Made by a program: the position numbers and the translations under genes
From: an uncultured Spirochaetota bacterium
GTDB taxonomy: Bacteria; Spirochaetota; Spirochaetia; SZUA-6; Fen-1364
DNA length: 64,000 nt
NCBI GenBank assembly: GCA_963845535.1
Contig: CAWJSK010000001.1
Span: forward strand, 229,525 to 293,524
Direction of reading: 5' to 3'
The notes under the pieces: generated by a model
Seen by the model: the letters and a program-made list of their open reading frames with translations, nothing else
What the model was told of the DNA's origin: nothing
The model's database searches: none
Shown: piece by piece, positions 10,962 through 20,396 of the stretch
Position numbering within the stretch: the stretch's first letter is position 1
Layout of the letters: each line of letters opens with the position of its first letter

Positions 10962-12019
10962 AGACGCAGCTCCATGTTTACCGACGGAGAGAACCCCATC
11001 ACGAGGTACGGCATCTCGAAATAGACGTCGTAATCCCCCAGCACGTTGATCCCCAAACTTCCCGTCACCAACAAATCAAGGCCGATTCCGCTCTTCAGGA
11101 ATGGCACGAGGCTGGTAACGGTGCCCTGGGTCCCCGTGACCAAGACGAAAAGAGCGGGGCCCCCGACCACGTGAAAGAAGGGACGAAGAAAGGCGCTGCC
11201 CAGCTCATAGCGGATATCGACGCCAAAGGGAAGCAGGTATGTGTTCGCGGAGTCCTGAGACCCCGTTGCCGTGAAGTAATCCATACCCACGTACAGGCCC
11301 AACCCCAAAGGCCCCATGGGTGTGTCAATGAAAATGCTCGCAAGCAGCGACGGGAGATAGCCGAGGGTGAAATAATACGCCGCCGCGCCGGTCGGCAGGA
11401 ACGGAGCAAAACCGCCGCTGAAAAGCAGACGGTGGTTCTGGGCAGTCCCTGGTCGGGCGGAAGATGGAGTGACAACGGCAATCGCGCCGCCCGCGGCGTC
11501 CGTTGTTTGCTGCGCAGGCCGCACTGCATTCAAAGCATTGGAGCCCGACATCGCCTGGATCCGATCATGCACCTTGGCAATCATCTGGTCGAGGGCGGCG
11601 AGAATGACGCTGTCAAGTTTCAGGTCGACCTCGCCGCTGGTCTGCACAACTTCAGGGGAAGCGCCGGTCGTTGCGTCGTACCAGCCCAGCGTGACGTCCA
11701 TGTGCCGACCTTCCACGCCATAGCGGCAGACAAGCGCAGCCGTTGCGCCGCGCTGCTTCGCGAGGGGCTGTTGCGTCTCTTCCTGCGTTGCCGCAACCAC
11801 GAGCGTTCTCAGTCCCAGCCCTTGCAGCTTGTACTGGGCAGCGTCTGCAATGACCTGGCGAAAGACCTCGTCCTGCTTCTGCGCCGGGCTTATGAGCACA
11901 ACGACGTCCGTTTTCGGGGCCTGTGATTCCAGATTGACGGCAAGGAGGGGGAATCCTCCCAGCAGAAGAAGCGCCGCTAGCCCGGCCCCTCGGGCGGCGG
12001 TCCAGGTGTGTTTGCTCAT
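10958..12019 (-). CDS. Secreted protein with probable C-terminal outer-membrane beta-barrel
   Basis: Signal peptide; alternating aromatic/Gly beta-strand pattern in the C-terminal half; ends VNMELRL. Confidence 0.55.
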   Translation of the reverse strand: MSKHTWTAARGAGLAALLLLGGFPLLAVNLESQAPKTDVVVLISPAQKQDEVFRQVIADAAQYKLQGLGLRTLVVAATQEETQQPLAKQRGATAALVCRYGVEGRHMDVTLGWYDATTGASPEVVQTSGEVDLKLDSVILAALDQMIAKVHDRIQAMSGSNALNAVRPAQQTTDAAGGAIAVVTPSSARPGTAQNHRLLFSGGFAPFLPTGAAAYYFTLGYLPSLLASIFIDTPMGPLGLGLYVGMDYFTATGSQDSANTYLLPFGVDIRYELGSAFLRPFFHVVGGPALFVLVTGTQGTVTSLVPFLKSGIGLDLLVTGSLGINVLGDYDVYFEMPYLVMGFSPSVNMELRL

Positions 12020-12130
12020 CCCTTTCCTACGCTGCGGAGCTCACTCACCCGCAGTCATCTCTATAAGTGTAGTCTAGTTCCAGCTACTTTTCTCGTGATC
12101 TCAGCGCGCAGCGCGACCTGCGACGCAAGC

Positions 12131-12298
12131 TTACGAACGCCGGATCTGCTGCTGAGAGACGAAGGCGTCCTGGGCGGACAGTCTCCCGTCAGCCACCGCG
12201 CGTGGCAATACCGCCGAGTTGGGAGAAAAAAGGATCCTGCTTGTCAGGAGGATCAAGGACGCCGCGAATATCGTTGCCCGTGCCAGCTTCTGGAACAT
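12131..12298 (-). CDS. Small 55-aa protein with signal-peptide-like N-terminus (not in ORF track)
   Basis: MFQKLARATIFAASLILLTSRILFSPNSAVLPRAVADGRLSAQDAFVSQQQIRRS*; GGAGG RBS and extended -10 TGGTATATT upstream. Confidence 0.5.
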   Translation of the reverse strand: MFQKLARATIFAASLILLTSRILFSPNSAVLPRAVADGRLSAQDAFVSQQQIRRS

Positions 12299-12326
12299 CA
12301 GGGCCTCCAAGACAAATATACCACTG

Positions 12327-13913
12327 TCAGCGGTACATCTGCATGAGCTGGACGAAGTTGTAGATCTTCTTGTACACCGCGGCTATCAAGGCGCGTATGT
12401 CCCTGTCCATGGAGGGCTTGAGGTCTTTCCAATTGATGAGCAGGGAGGGGTTGGGCCGGACCACGTCATCATGGGCAATCTTGAGGACACGGGCAATTCC
12501 AACGAGGTGCTGGACCGAATCTCCGATCAGGGTGTGCGCCTCGTCGTTGACCTGGCGGAGCGTCATGCGAAGCTGTACGAGCGCCTTTCGGTCCCGCTCA
12601 GCCCGCAGGGCGATGGTCTTCAGCCTCCGTCCGGTCTCCCCGTCTTCGGCAAGGTCAGCGTCGAACAGGGCGATGGTCTCCGCTTGCTTGAGTAGCTGGT
12701 GGAAAGCCTCCGACATCTGCTGGGATGTCTCCTTGTTGGTCCATTTGCCCTTGATCAGGAGGAGGTCCACGAGCTCCCTGATGCTCGTGGGCAGGTAGTC
12801 GGTGAGGAACGCGCGAAGGTAGTTGAGCGCCGCGACATGCATGAATCCGCCCAGGAGCTTCTGCGCGAACTCGGGGTTGGCCTTGTCTGAGTAGTTGGAA
12901 AGCCGGGTCACCGCTCCCGTCCCGAAGACGGCTCGGGCAAGCTCCTCGATCTTCTGGTTCCTGCGGCCCGAGGCCACCTTCTGCGCGGTGGTTTCCGCCT
13001 CCGCCTTGATCTTGGACATGTACGGCTCCACGATCCTCTCATGGTGGACCCGCACCATCGGTTTCCACTCCGGGTTCTGCGTCAGATAGCGCACGATTTT
13101 CAAAAGCACCCCGGTCCTCTGCGCTTCCCGGATCCCCTGGAGCGCCTTGCGCAGCCCGTCACGCGTCACGACCTCGACGCCGCGATGGGACTTGAGGATG
13201 GCGAGCATGCGGTCCCAGTCGGCGTCAGGGTCGACGTTGGGAAGGATCTCCAGGAAGTCCTGCAGCTCCTCCAGGATGTGGCTTGCGTCGATGGCCGTAA
13301 AGCGCGGCTGGTAGGAGAAATCCCGTTCGGGCAGCCCGCCATCGAACTTCTTGAGGAGGAAATAATAGTCGAAGCCGATCAGGTCGAGGAGCACGAGCAT
13401 GCGGTTGTACAGGGCGTCCGTCTCCGCCATGGAGTCCGCGTCGAACCCGTCAAGGAAACGCCTGAGGTCTTCGCGAACCTCGGCGGAAATTGAAGCGGGG
13501 TCACCCTGCTTGGAGCGTTCGCTGATGGAGCTCTCCGTCAGGCGCTCCCGCAGGGCGAGCTTCTCTTCGGTGAGCGTCAGATCCACCAGCGTCCCCTTGA
13601 GAGCGCCGGAGGTCTCGGCGCCTTTCAGGAGGACCTGTCCGGGCGCCACCGCGCGGTAGATGTCCCAGAAGAACTTGCCCATTGCCGGCTCGGCCACCGA
13701 CTGCGACGGGTTGAAAAAACGCGGCCGGATCCTTTTCAGCTCGCTTGCCAGCTCCCGCAATCGTCTCTGCTTCTGTCTCTCAGGATCATCGCTCAAAAAA
13801 AGCGATGCAAGCCAGTCGAGAAAACCCGGCGCGGGCGCCGGCGCGGGCCGGGAGGCCGGGGCAGAGCGCTCCGGGGGGGGTGCCGCTTGATTGGAGTTCT
13901 GGGAACCCATCAT
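12327..13913 (-). CDS. Conserved spirochaetal alpha-helical hypothetical protein (DUF5312-like)
   Basis: 528-aa ORF with 'LF...DPE..K.R.LRE.A.EL' and '[11 protein letters not shown]' recalled from spirochaete DUF5312 proteins. Confidence 0.6.
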   Translation of the reverse strand: MMGSQNSNQAAPPPERSAPASRPAPAPAPGFLDWLASLFLSDDPERQKQRRLRELASELKRIRPRFFNPSQSVAEPAMGKFFWDIYRAVAPGQVLLKGAETSGALKGTLVDLTLTEEKLALRERLTESSISERSKQGDPASISAEVREDLRRFLDGFDADSMAETDALYNRMLVLLDLIGFDYYFLLKKFDGGLPERDFSYQPRFTAIDASHILEELQDFLEILPNVDPDADWDRMLAILKSHRGVEVVTRDGLRKALQGIREAQRTGVLLKIVRYLTQNPEWKPMVRVHHERIVEPYMSKIKAEAETTAQKVASGRRNQKIEELARAVFGTGAVTRLSNYSDKANPEFAQKLLGGFMHVAALNYLRAFLTDYLPTSIRELVDLLLIKGKWTNKETSQQMSEAFHQLLKQAETIALFDADLAEDGETGRRLKTIALRAERDRKALVQLRMTLRQVNDEAHTLIGDSVQHLVGIARVLKIAHDDVVRPNPSLLINWKDLKPSMDRDIRALIAAVYKKIYNFVQLMQMYR

Positions 13914-13918
13914 AGAAG

Positions 13919-13947
13919 ATCGTAGGAGAAAAGGTACCAGCTGTCAA
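13919..13947 (-). promoter_or_regulatory. Sigma70-type promoter of the DUF5312-like gene (near-leaderless)
   Basis: TTGACA-17-TACGAT, 5 nt before ATG 13913. Confidence 0.65.
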
Positions 13948-14019
13948 ATGGAAAATGGTTTCCGCCGCGTCCGCCCGACGAGCGCAGCCGCGGCAGAAAA
14001 GGCAGAAAAGCGGCGCGTG

Positions 14020-14048
14020 TTGAAAATGGGAGCGCTTTCCGATAGGAT
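14020..14048 (+). promoter_or_regulatory. Sigma70-type promoter for rubredoxin-queG
   Basis: TTGAAA-17-TAGGAT followed by AGGAGG RBS. Confidence 0.55.
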
Positions 14049-14073
14049 GACGTTCTGCGGAAAAGGAGGACAC

Positions 14074-14238
14074 ATGCAGAAGTGGATCTGCACCGTATGC
14101 GGCTACATCTATGATCCCGGCAAAGGTGACCCGGAAAATGGAGTTGCCGCTGGCACTTCGTTCGAGGGTCTCCCGGCGGATTGGGTATGCCCGGTCTGCG
14201 GTGCGAGCAAGGACGACTTCGAGAAGACCGCGGCCTGA
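14074..14238 (+). CDS. Rubredoxin
   Basis: [10 protein letters not shown]...[12 protein letters not shown], 54 aa, AGGAGG RBS. Confidence 0.96.
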   Translation: MQKWICTVCGYIYDPGKGDPENGVAAGTSFEGLPADWVCPVCGASKDDFEKTAA

Positions 14239-15161
14239 GCATCTCCCCCTTCGACGCACAGAGGATCAGTGACCTGGCCCTGGAGGCCGGGTTCTCTCGC
14301 GCGGGCTTCACTCGGGGAGTTGACCAGGCTTCCGTCCTTGTCTGCTGCTTGTCCTGCCATCGCAGCGAGATTGATGACCTCTCCACCGCGGATGATCCCC
14401 ATGGCCTGATTGCCCCTTTCGCCCGCAGGAATTACTACAAGACAGCCGTCCGCATGTTGCGCCGGCTCACTGCTCGTCTTGACGTGGAGCTGGGCATCCC
14501 GAGGAAATCCGTGAGGATCTTCTGCAACTCCCGATTGCCGGAGAAGCCGCTCTGCGTGGCTGCCGGCCTTGCGTGGCAGGGCAACAACGGGTTGTGCATT
14601 ACATCAGGACTGGGGTCCCTCTTCGTTATTGCGGGTGCGGTCATCCCGGCGTCCCTTTCCGGTTTTGCCGACCCGACACCCAGCCCCACTCATTGCGGAT
14701 CATGCAGACGTTGTATTGAAGCCTGTCCGACGCGGGCCATCAGGAGTCCGGGGATCGTGGACCGCAGTCTGTGTCTCCAGGGGCTCGCGGCAAGCGCGGA
14801 TGCGCTTCCTCCCGACGTCATGGAAAAATGGGGCGCTCGATTGTACGGCTGCCAGGTCTGCCAGTCAGTGTGCCCCCACAACAGCGGCCCGCTGGAGGAA
14901 GCCCCCGCGGCGGACGGAGAGGTCGGCCCGAGCGTGTCCCTTCGATGGTTTCTCTCCCAGGACGCACCGAGCTTGCAACGGCTTTTTCACGGCACGACCA
15001 TGGGCCTTTCCTGGATTTCGAAGGAGGCGCTTCTTCGAAATGCGATTGTTGCGGCGGGCAACAGCCGTTACGGCGGATTGAGGGAGAGCGTCGAACCTTT
15101 TGTCGGAAACGCTTCCCCCGCGCTCAACGCCGCGGCCCGGTGGGCGCTCGAGAGAATCTAG
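14235..15161 (+). CDS. QueG-like (epoxyqueuosine reductase family) 2x[4Fe-4S] protein, divergent
   Basis: [48 protein letters not shown]-like tail; start uncertain (CTGA overlap with rubredoxin stop). Confidence 0.75.
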   Translation: MSISPFDAQRISDLALEAGFSRAGFTRGVDQASVLVCCLSCHRSEIDDLSTADDPHGLIAPFARRNYYKTAVRMLRRLTARLDVELGIPRKSVRIFCNSRLPEKPLCVAAGLAWQGNNGLCITSGLGSLFVIAGAVIPASLSGFADPTPSPTHCGSCRRCIEACPTRAIRSPGIVDRSLCLQGLAASADALPPDVMEKWGARLYGCQVCQSVCPHNSGPLEEAPAADGEVGPSVSLRWFLSQDAPSLQRLFHGTTMGLSWISKEALLRNAIVAAGNSRYGGLRESVEPFVGNASPALNAAARWALERI

Positions 15162-15203
15162 GACAACAACGCCCGGACCTTGTACGCCGGGCGTTGCTGG
15201 ACT

Positions 15204-15461
15204 CTACCGCCTGCCCCCGGCGAAGAAAGCCAGGATCACAAAGATCGGCATGATGACCAGCAGAAGGAGATCTCCGACTTTCGGAAGGCCGGCAACCAGA
15301 TTGTAGTCATATACCGATCTGACGAACAGCATGAAGAGCACAATGAGGAACCAGAGTATCCCTGTAAGGGAGAGGAAGACGTTACGCTGCCGTGCGAGGT
15401 TCCAGATCCCGAGGATTGCGGCGATGATTGCGAGGATCAGGTATACGGTGTTCCATCCCAT
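15204..15461 (-). CDS. Small 3-TM membrane protein
   Basis: 85 aa, three hydrophobic helices, AAGGAG RBS. Confidence 0.7.
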   Translation of the reverse strand: MGWNTVYLILAIIAAILGIWNLARQRNVFLSLTGILWFLIVLFMLFVRSVYDYNLVAGLPKVGDLLLLVIMPIFVILAFFAGGRR

Positions 15462-15608
15462 TCTGAGTCTCCTTACGTAACAATCTCACGACGAGTTTCA
15501 CAGAAATGTCGCCGGCGGTCAAGCCGTGGACGGCTCCCTCGCCTCCCTGTCATGCCTTGGTGGGCGTCTCCGAACAGCCGCGCGGCGCTCGAGCTCCCTC
15601 GGAGGCTC

Positions 15609-16691
15609 TCATTTCTCGTAGCGCACCGTTCGACGTATCTCGTCACGCTCCATGGCCAGGCGCACCAGCTCATCCAGCAGCCTTGGGTAGGAAAGCCCGG
15701 ATGCCTGGCACATCCTGGGAAACATGCTGATGCTCGTGAAGCCGGGGATCGTGTTGATCTCATTGAGATATACCGCGCCCGTGCGGCGCTCGAGGAAGAA
15801 ATCCACCCGCGCCATCCCTTCGCACCGAACCGTGGCGTATGCGGCTTCCGCCGTCGACATGATGCGCTCCTGCGTGGGGGCGTCCAGGCGGGCAGGCGCC
15901 TGCAGGGCTGCTCCGTCCGGATCCACGTATTTGGCCTCGTAGTCGTAGAAAGCGTGGCCCTCCGAAGGGACGATCTCGCCAGGCGGGAACGCTCGCGGCC
16001 GCGAGTTCCCAATGACCGCGCATTCGATCTCCCTGGCGTCGACCCACTTTTCCAGAAGAGCCCGCGTGTCGAAACGCAGCGCCTCCGGGAGCGCCCGCGC
16101 GAGCTGCGTTTCATCGTCCGCCCGCGACGCCCCGAGTGAGGAACCCGCGCTGCACGGCTTCACGAAGACGGGCCAGCCCAGACGCTGCGCGGCCCCGGCC
16201 CATTGGGCCTGCGGGGTTTCCCGATGGATGGCTTCGAAATCCACGACCGGCAGGCCTGCGTCGCGCCACAGCCGTTTGGCCGCTTCCTTGTCCATGGAAG
16301 CGGCGCTTCCCAGCACTCCCGCCCCCACGTACGGCAGGCCGGCGAGCTCCAGCAGACCTTGCACGGTGCCGTCCTCCCCGAACGTGCCGTGAAGGACCGG
16401 AAATACGCAGTCGATTTCGAGCTTTTTCCCGCGGTCGTGAAAGCCGTCCCCCGGAACGACGCTGAGCGGCTCAGAGGCGGGAAAAAGCGTCAGGAGGTCA
16501 CCCTGTCCGGCGAGCTCGCGCACCTCGATCCTTTGCTGAAGGTGCCAGCGGCCCGACTTGTCGATGCCGATGGCGGTGACCTCGTATCGCGTCCTGTCCA
16601 GGTTCTTCACCACGGATGCCGCTGAACGCAGCGAGACCTCGTGCTCTCCCGAGCGTCCGCCAAACAGCACACAGATTTTCAAGGGTTCCAC
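15609..16691 (-). CDS. ddl: D-alanine--D-alanine ligase
   Basis: LFGGRSGEHEVS, HGTFGEDG, GSS.G, YDYEAKY, NEINTIPGFT; GTG start at 16691. Confidence 0.95.
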   Translation of the reverse strand: MEPLKICVLFGGRSGEHEVSLRSAASVVKNLDRTRYEVTAIGIDKSGRWHLQQRIEVRELAGQGDLLTLFPASEPLSVVPGDGFHDRGKKLEIDCVFPVLHGTFGEDGTVQGLLELAGLPYVGAGVLGSAASMDKEAAKRLWRDAGLPVVDFEAIHRETPQAQWAGAAQRLGWPVFVKPCSAGSSLGASRADDETQLARALPEALRFDTRALLEKWVDAREIECAVIGNSRPRAFPPGEIVPSEGHAFYDYEAKYVDPDGAALQAPARLDAPTQERIMSTAEAAYATVRCEGMARVDFFLERRTGAVYLNEINTIPGFTSISMFPRMCQASGLSYPRLLDELVRLAMERDEIRRTVRYEK

Positions 16692-16692
16692 T

Positions 16693-18231
16693 TCAGTCCT
16701 TCCCGCGAGCACCCGGCCCGTCGTATCCGAGGGAGCGCAGCGCTTCTTCAGCCTCCGCGCGCTCGTCCCAGGGTGTGGGCCCTGCCGGCCCAATGATGCT
16801 GCCTTCATGCCCTTTGCCGAGCAGGAGCACGACGTCTCCCGGCATGGCAAGCTCGAACGCCCGGCGAATGGCCTGGGGCCTGTCAGGGATGAGGAAGAGG
16901 TTTTTTCCTCTCACCTTTGCGGCGCAGCCGGCGGCAATCTCTTCCACTATCTTGACCCGGTCCTCACCGCGGGGGTCCTCGTCCGTGATCACGACAGTGT
17001 CACAGGAGCGGGCAGCGGCTTCCCCCTGCATGGGCCGCTTTGCGCGGTCCCGCTCTCCCCCGGACCCGAATACCGCCGTTATCCTGCCGCTGGTCGTCTT
17101 TCGCACCCAGGGGAAAAGCCTCTCGAAAGCGCCCGGGGTGTGCGCGTAGTCCACGATTACGCCGAAGGGCTGTCCGAGGTCCACGCTCTCCATCCTGCCC
17201 TTGACCCCGCGAAGGTTCTCGACAAGAGGGGCAAGGGAGAGCGGATCAACGTCCAGGAGCCGCGAAGCGGTGAGGCATGCCGCCAGGGCGTTCTCCACCC
17301 AGAACGGGCCGGGGATCCGGATGCGTGCCGCAGCCTCCCTGCCGCCGTATCGCATTCGAAAGCAGGAGCCGCTCATGTCTTCCCGCGAGATGACGGCGGC
17401 AAGGTCAGCGTCACCGCGCGCGGCGTATGAGTGCACGGGGACGGCGCTGCAGGAACGGAAATACTCCGCGCTGGGGTCCGCGGCATTCACGACGCCGAAC
17501 GCCGGAGTCTTTGCCGGCCGCCCCCTGCCCAGGGACCGGAAGAGGTTCGCCTTGTCCGATCTGTACTGCTCAAACGTGCCGTGGAACTCCAGGTGCTCAT
17601 GGGTGACGTTCGTGAGAACGGCGGCATCGAAGATCACGTCCCCCAACCGGTTCATGTGCGATGAAAGCCCGTGCGACGTGGCTTCCACCACCGCAAACTC
17701 TTTCCCGCGGTCCGCCATCTCCCGAAGCATTCCATGGATCTCGCTCGCTTCCGGGGTCGACTGGCGAAACGGATTCTTGACGATCTGCTCATCCGTCTGG
17801 AAAGACACGGTGGAGAGGAACCCTGCGCGCCTTCCCCGGAGAGAAAGCAACTGGGTGATGAACCACACGGTGGAGCTTTTTCCATCCGTGCCCGTCACTC
17901 CCACCACGCGCAAAGAGCGGGAGGGATTGTCGAAGAACTCCGCTGCAAGGGGTGACAAGGCGGTCCGGGGGTTCTCCACGCGGACATAGGTGACCCCTTC
18001 CGCCGTTTTTTCCAGGGGGAGCTTGTGCGCCACGGCCGCCGCGCCCCGGGCAACCGCGTCATCAATGAATCGGTGTCCGTCCGAATGTAGGCCGTCCATG
18101 GCCACAAAGAGGAAGCCGGGCTCGACATCACGGGAATCATAGGCAATTCCGCGAACGCGCCTGCCCACGTCCCCATGGGTCTCCAGCACAGGCACGTTGT
18201 GGACAATGTCACGAAGCGCTTTCTCCCGCAT
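16693..18231 (-). CDS. murE: UDP-MurNAc-tripeptide synthetase
   Basis: GVTGTDGKSS, STPEA, EATSHGL, VDYAHTP, GERDRAKRP.G, DEDPR, GKGHE. Confidence 0.94.
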   Translation of the reverse strand: MREKALRDIVHNVPVLETHGDVGRRVRGIAYDSRDVEPGFLFVAMDGLHSDGHRFIDDAVARGAAAVAHKLPLEKTAEGVTYVRVENPRTALSPLAAEFFDNPSRSLRVVGVTGTDGKSSTVWFITQLLSLRGRRAGFLSTVSFQTDEQIVKNPFRQSTPEASEIHGMLREMADRGKEFAVVEATSHGLSSHMNRLGDVIFDAAVLTNVTHEHLEFHGTFEQYRSDKANLFRSLGRGRPAKTPAFGVVNAADPSAEYFRSCSAVPVHSYAARGDADLAAVISREDMSGSCFRMRYGGREAAARIRIPGPFWVENALAACLTASRLLDVDPLSLAPLVENLRGVKGRMESVDLGQPFGVIVDYAHTPGAFERLFPWVRKTTSGRITAVFGSGGERDRAKRPMQGEAAARSCDTVVITDEDPRGEDRVKIVEEIAAGCAAKVRGKNLFLIPDRPQAIRRAFELAMPGDVVLLLGKGHEGSIIGPAGPTPWDERAEAEEALRSLGYDGPGARGKD

Positions 18232-18238
18232 GGGCCAG

Positions 18239-18309
18239 ATGCTATCCGGCCGGCCGCGGCGCTTCAAGGCCGCCACTCGTTTGATCACGGAAACTGAAAT
18301 CGCTATGCT
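18239..18309. promoter_or_regulatory. Back-to-back leaderless promoters for murE (-) and queD (+)
   Basis: Minus: TTGAAG-17-TAGCAT, 7 nt before ATG 18231; plus: TTGATC-17-TATGCT, 6 nt before ATG 18316; no SD on either. Confidence 0.6.
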
Positions 18310-18315
18310 CGATCC

Positions 18316-18681
18316 ATGTACACCGCGCGGATAGAGGACGGCTTTGCCGCCGCCCACTTCCTGGCCCGCTATCATGGCAAGTGCGAAAAGCTGCACGGCC
18401 ACAACTACAGGGTCCTCGTGACGGCGGCGGGGACGAAGCTCGACGACGGCGGGATGCTCCTGGATTTCGGCGTCATGAAGGATGCCCTTCGCAAGGTGAT
18501 TCAGGAGATCGACCATACCAGCCTGAATGACCATCCCGCCTTCGCAGACGGCTCCCCGAGCGCGGAGAGGATCGCGCATTTCATCTATGACAGGATGCAT
18601 GCGGCCCTTCCTGACGCCAGGCTCACCCTGGTGGAAGTCTTCGAGACGGACAGGAACAGGGCCACCTTCTCTCCCGATTGA
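18316..18681 (+). CDS. queD: 6-carboxy-5,6,7,8-tetrahydropterin synthase
   Basis: F.AAH.L, CEKLHGHNY, DFG, DH..LN, SAERIA, FET. Confidence 0.9.
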   Translation: MYTARIEDGFAAAHFLARYHGKCEKLHGHNYRVLVTAAGTKLDDGGMLLDFGVMKDALRKVIQEIDHTSLNDHPAFADGSPSAERIAHFIYDRMHAALPDARLTLVEVFETDRNRATFSPD

Positions 18682-20396
18682 CCGACCAGCCTGACCTCGG
18701 ACATCCCTATCTCACCAGCCAGCTGATTGCGTACATCGGCAACAAGCGCGCGTTGCTTCGGTTCCTGCACGAAGTTTTTTGCCATGTTGCCGCTGACGCA
18801 GCCGCGGGGAGCGCGCGCGCAACTTTTCTGGATCCATTCGCCGGCAGCGGCGCGGTGTCACGGCTGGCGCGGATGATGGGCTTCTCCGTGGCTGCCAACG
18901 ACTGGGAGAGCTATTCGTACGTCATCAACTCTTGCCACCTCCGGCTTTCCCCCGCGGAAGCGGATCAGCTGTTTCTGCCCCAGGGAGGAATGGACCGCGT
19001 GCTCCAAGCGCTCAACGCTCTCCCTCCGCCGCCGGAGCCCCAGCGATACGTTGCGCGTCATTACGCGCCGCGCGCAACGGAGACCGCGGACTGGACCACG
19101 GAGAGGCTGTTCTATACGACTGAGAACGCGCTGAAGATCGATGCCATCAGGCAGCGCGTGGAGGAGATGTATCCCGGCGAGCCGGCCAGCCCCGCGGACC
19201 GGGCGCGAAAGGCAGCCCTGGTGGCGCCGCTTCTCTACGAAGCGGCCACGCACACCAATACCTCGGGTGTGTTCAAGGCGTGCCATCGCGGCTTCGGCGG
19301 GCACGGACGGGACGCCCTCACGCGGATCATGGCGCCCATTCGCCTGGAGCGGCCGGTCCTGGCGAACTCCAGCGCCCCATGCGACGTGGAATGTCAGGAC
19401 GCCGTGAAGTTCCTTTCCGGGAGGCCCGCGGACATCTGCTACCTGGATCCCCCGTATGCCGGCCACCAATATGGAAGCAACTACTTCATGCTCAACACCA
19501 TTGCGCTCTGGGACCAACCCCCGGTGAGCGAAGAACGGGGACCGGATGGCCGGCTCCTGAAGAAGGCGGGAATACGGGAGGATTGGGTCCGCACGCGCTC
19601 CCGCTTCTGTTATCCCTCCACCGCCCTTGCGGCGCTTCGCGAAGTTGTGCGGGCCGCCGACTGCCGGCACATCGTCGTCAGCTACAGCAACGAGGGGCTG
19701 ATCGGGTTGGAAGAGCTGTGCGACGTTCTGTCCGAGACCGGAAGCCTCTCCGTACGCTCGACAGGCTACGTAAAGTACCCGGGCGGCAAGCAGAGTCTTG
19801 GCCGCAGGACGAGCAACACCGAGCTTGCCCTGGTTGTCGAGCGCAGCGCCGGACCCCGCCCCGCGCGGGCGGATTCTTCACGGACCCGCGAGGTCCTGCG
19901 GGAGGTCGCCATCTCACAGCTCCTGGGAAGGGCGTTCGACCCCGAGCGCGTTCGCCGCTCATTCCGCGCGGTACCCGAAGGGATCATCCTGGAAACGGCG
20001 GAAGGGCCCCGCTTGCTTGCCATGCGGCATCACTGGAGGTTTGCCCCGGGGACGCGCGCGCCTGACTTGGAAGCCTCCGAGGCTGACCGTTTCATCCAGC
20101 GTCTCACCGCGTGCGAGGTGGCCGACGTGAAAGAGGAGATCGAAGTCCTTGTCCGCGTCACGCGAGCGGAGCAGGATGGCGCCGAGAGACGGCGGCTTGT
20201 GCGTGAGATGCTGAAGCTTTTCAACAAGCTCGCGCACCGCAAATATGCGCGGGAGCTCGCCGCGGTGCTGGAGATTCTCCAGCGCCTTGCCGCGGAGCTG
20301 GGTGATCCGCCAGAGCTGCACGCGGGCCTCAGCAAGGTAGCTGAGACCGCCGCGCGCAGGAACCGGGATGCGCCTTACCGCCCCCTCTTGTTGTAG
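18678..20396 (+). CDS. DNA N6-adenine methyltransferase (D12/alpha class) with C-terminal helical extension
   Basis: YIGNK, DPFAGSG (motif I), NTSGVFKA, YLDPPY (motif IV), SYSNEG; TTGA overlap with queD. Confidence 0.85.
   Translation: MTDQPDLGHPYLTSQLIAYIGNKRALLRFLHEVFCHVAADAAAGSARATFLDPFAGSGAVSRLARMMGFSVAANDWESYSYVINSCHLRLSPAEADQLFLPQGGMDRVLQALNALPPPPEPQRYVARHYAPRATETADWTTERLFYTTENALKIDAIRQRVEEMYPGEPASPADRARKAALVAPLLYEAATHTNTSGVFKACHRGFGGHGRDALTRIMAPIRLERPVLANSSAPCDVECQDAVKFLSGRPADICYLDPPYAGHQYGSNYFMLNTIALWDQPPVSEERGPDGRLLKKAGIREDWVRTRSRFCYPSTALAALREVVRAADCRHIVVSYSNEGLIGLEELCDVLSETGSLSVRSTGYVKYPGGKQSLGRRTSNTELALVVERSAGPRPARADSSRTREVLREVAISQLLGRAFDPERVRRSFRAVPEGIILETAEGPRLLAMRHHWRFAPGTRAPDLEASEADRFIQRLTACEVADVKEEIEVLVRVTRAEQDGAERRRLVREMLKLFNKLAHRKYARELAAVLEILQRLAAELGDPPELHAGLSKVAETAARRNRDAPYRPLLL

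Noticed and set aside
18316..20396. Complete dpd 7-deazaguanine DNA-modification island or restriction-modification system
   Set aside because: No dpdA/tgt-like, queC, queE or endonuclease gene in the window; kept only as a weaker hypothesis
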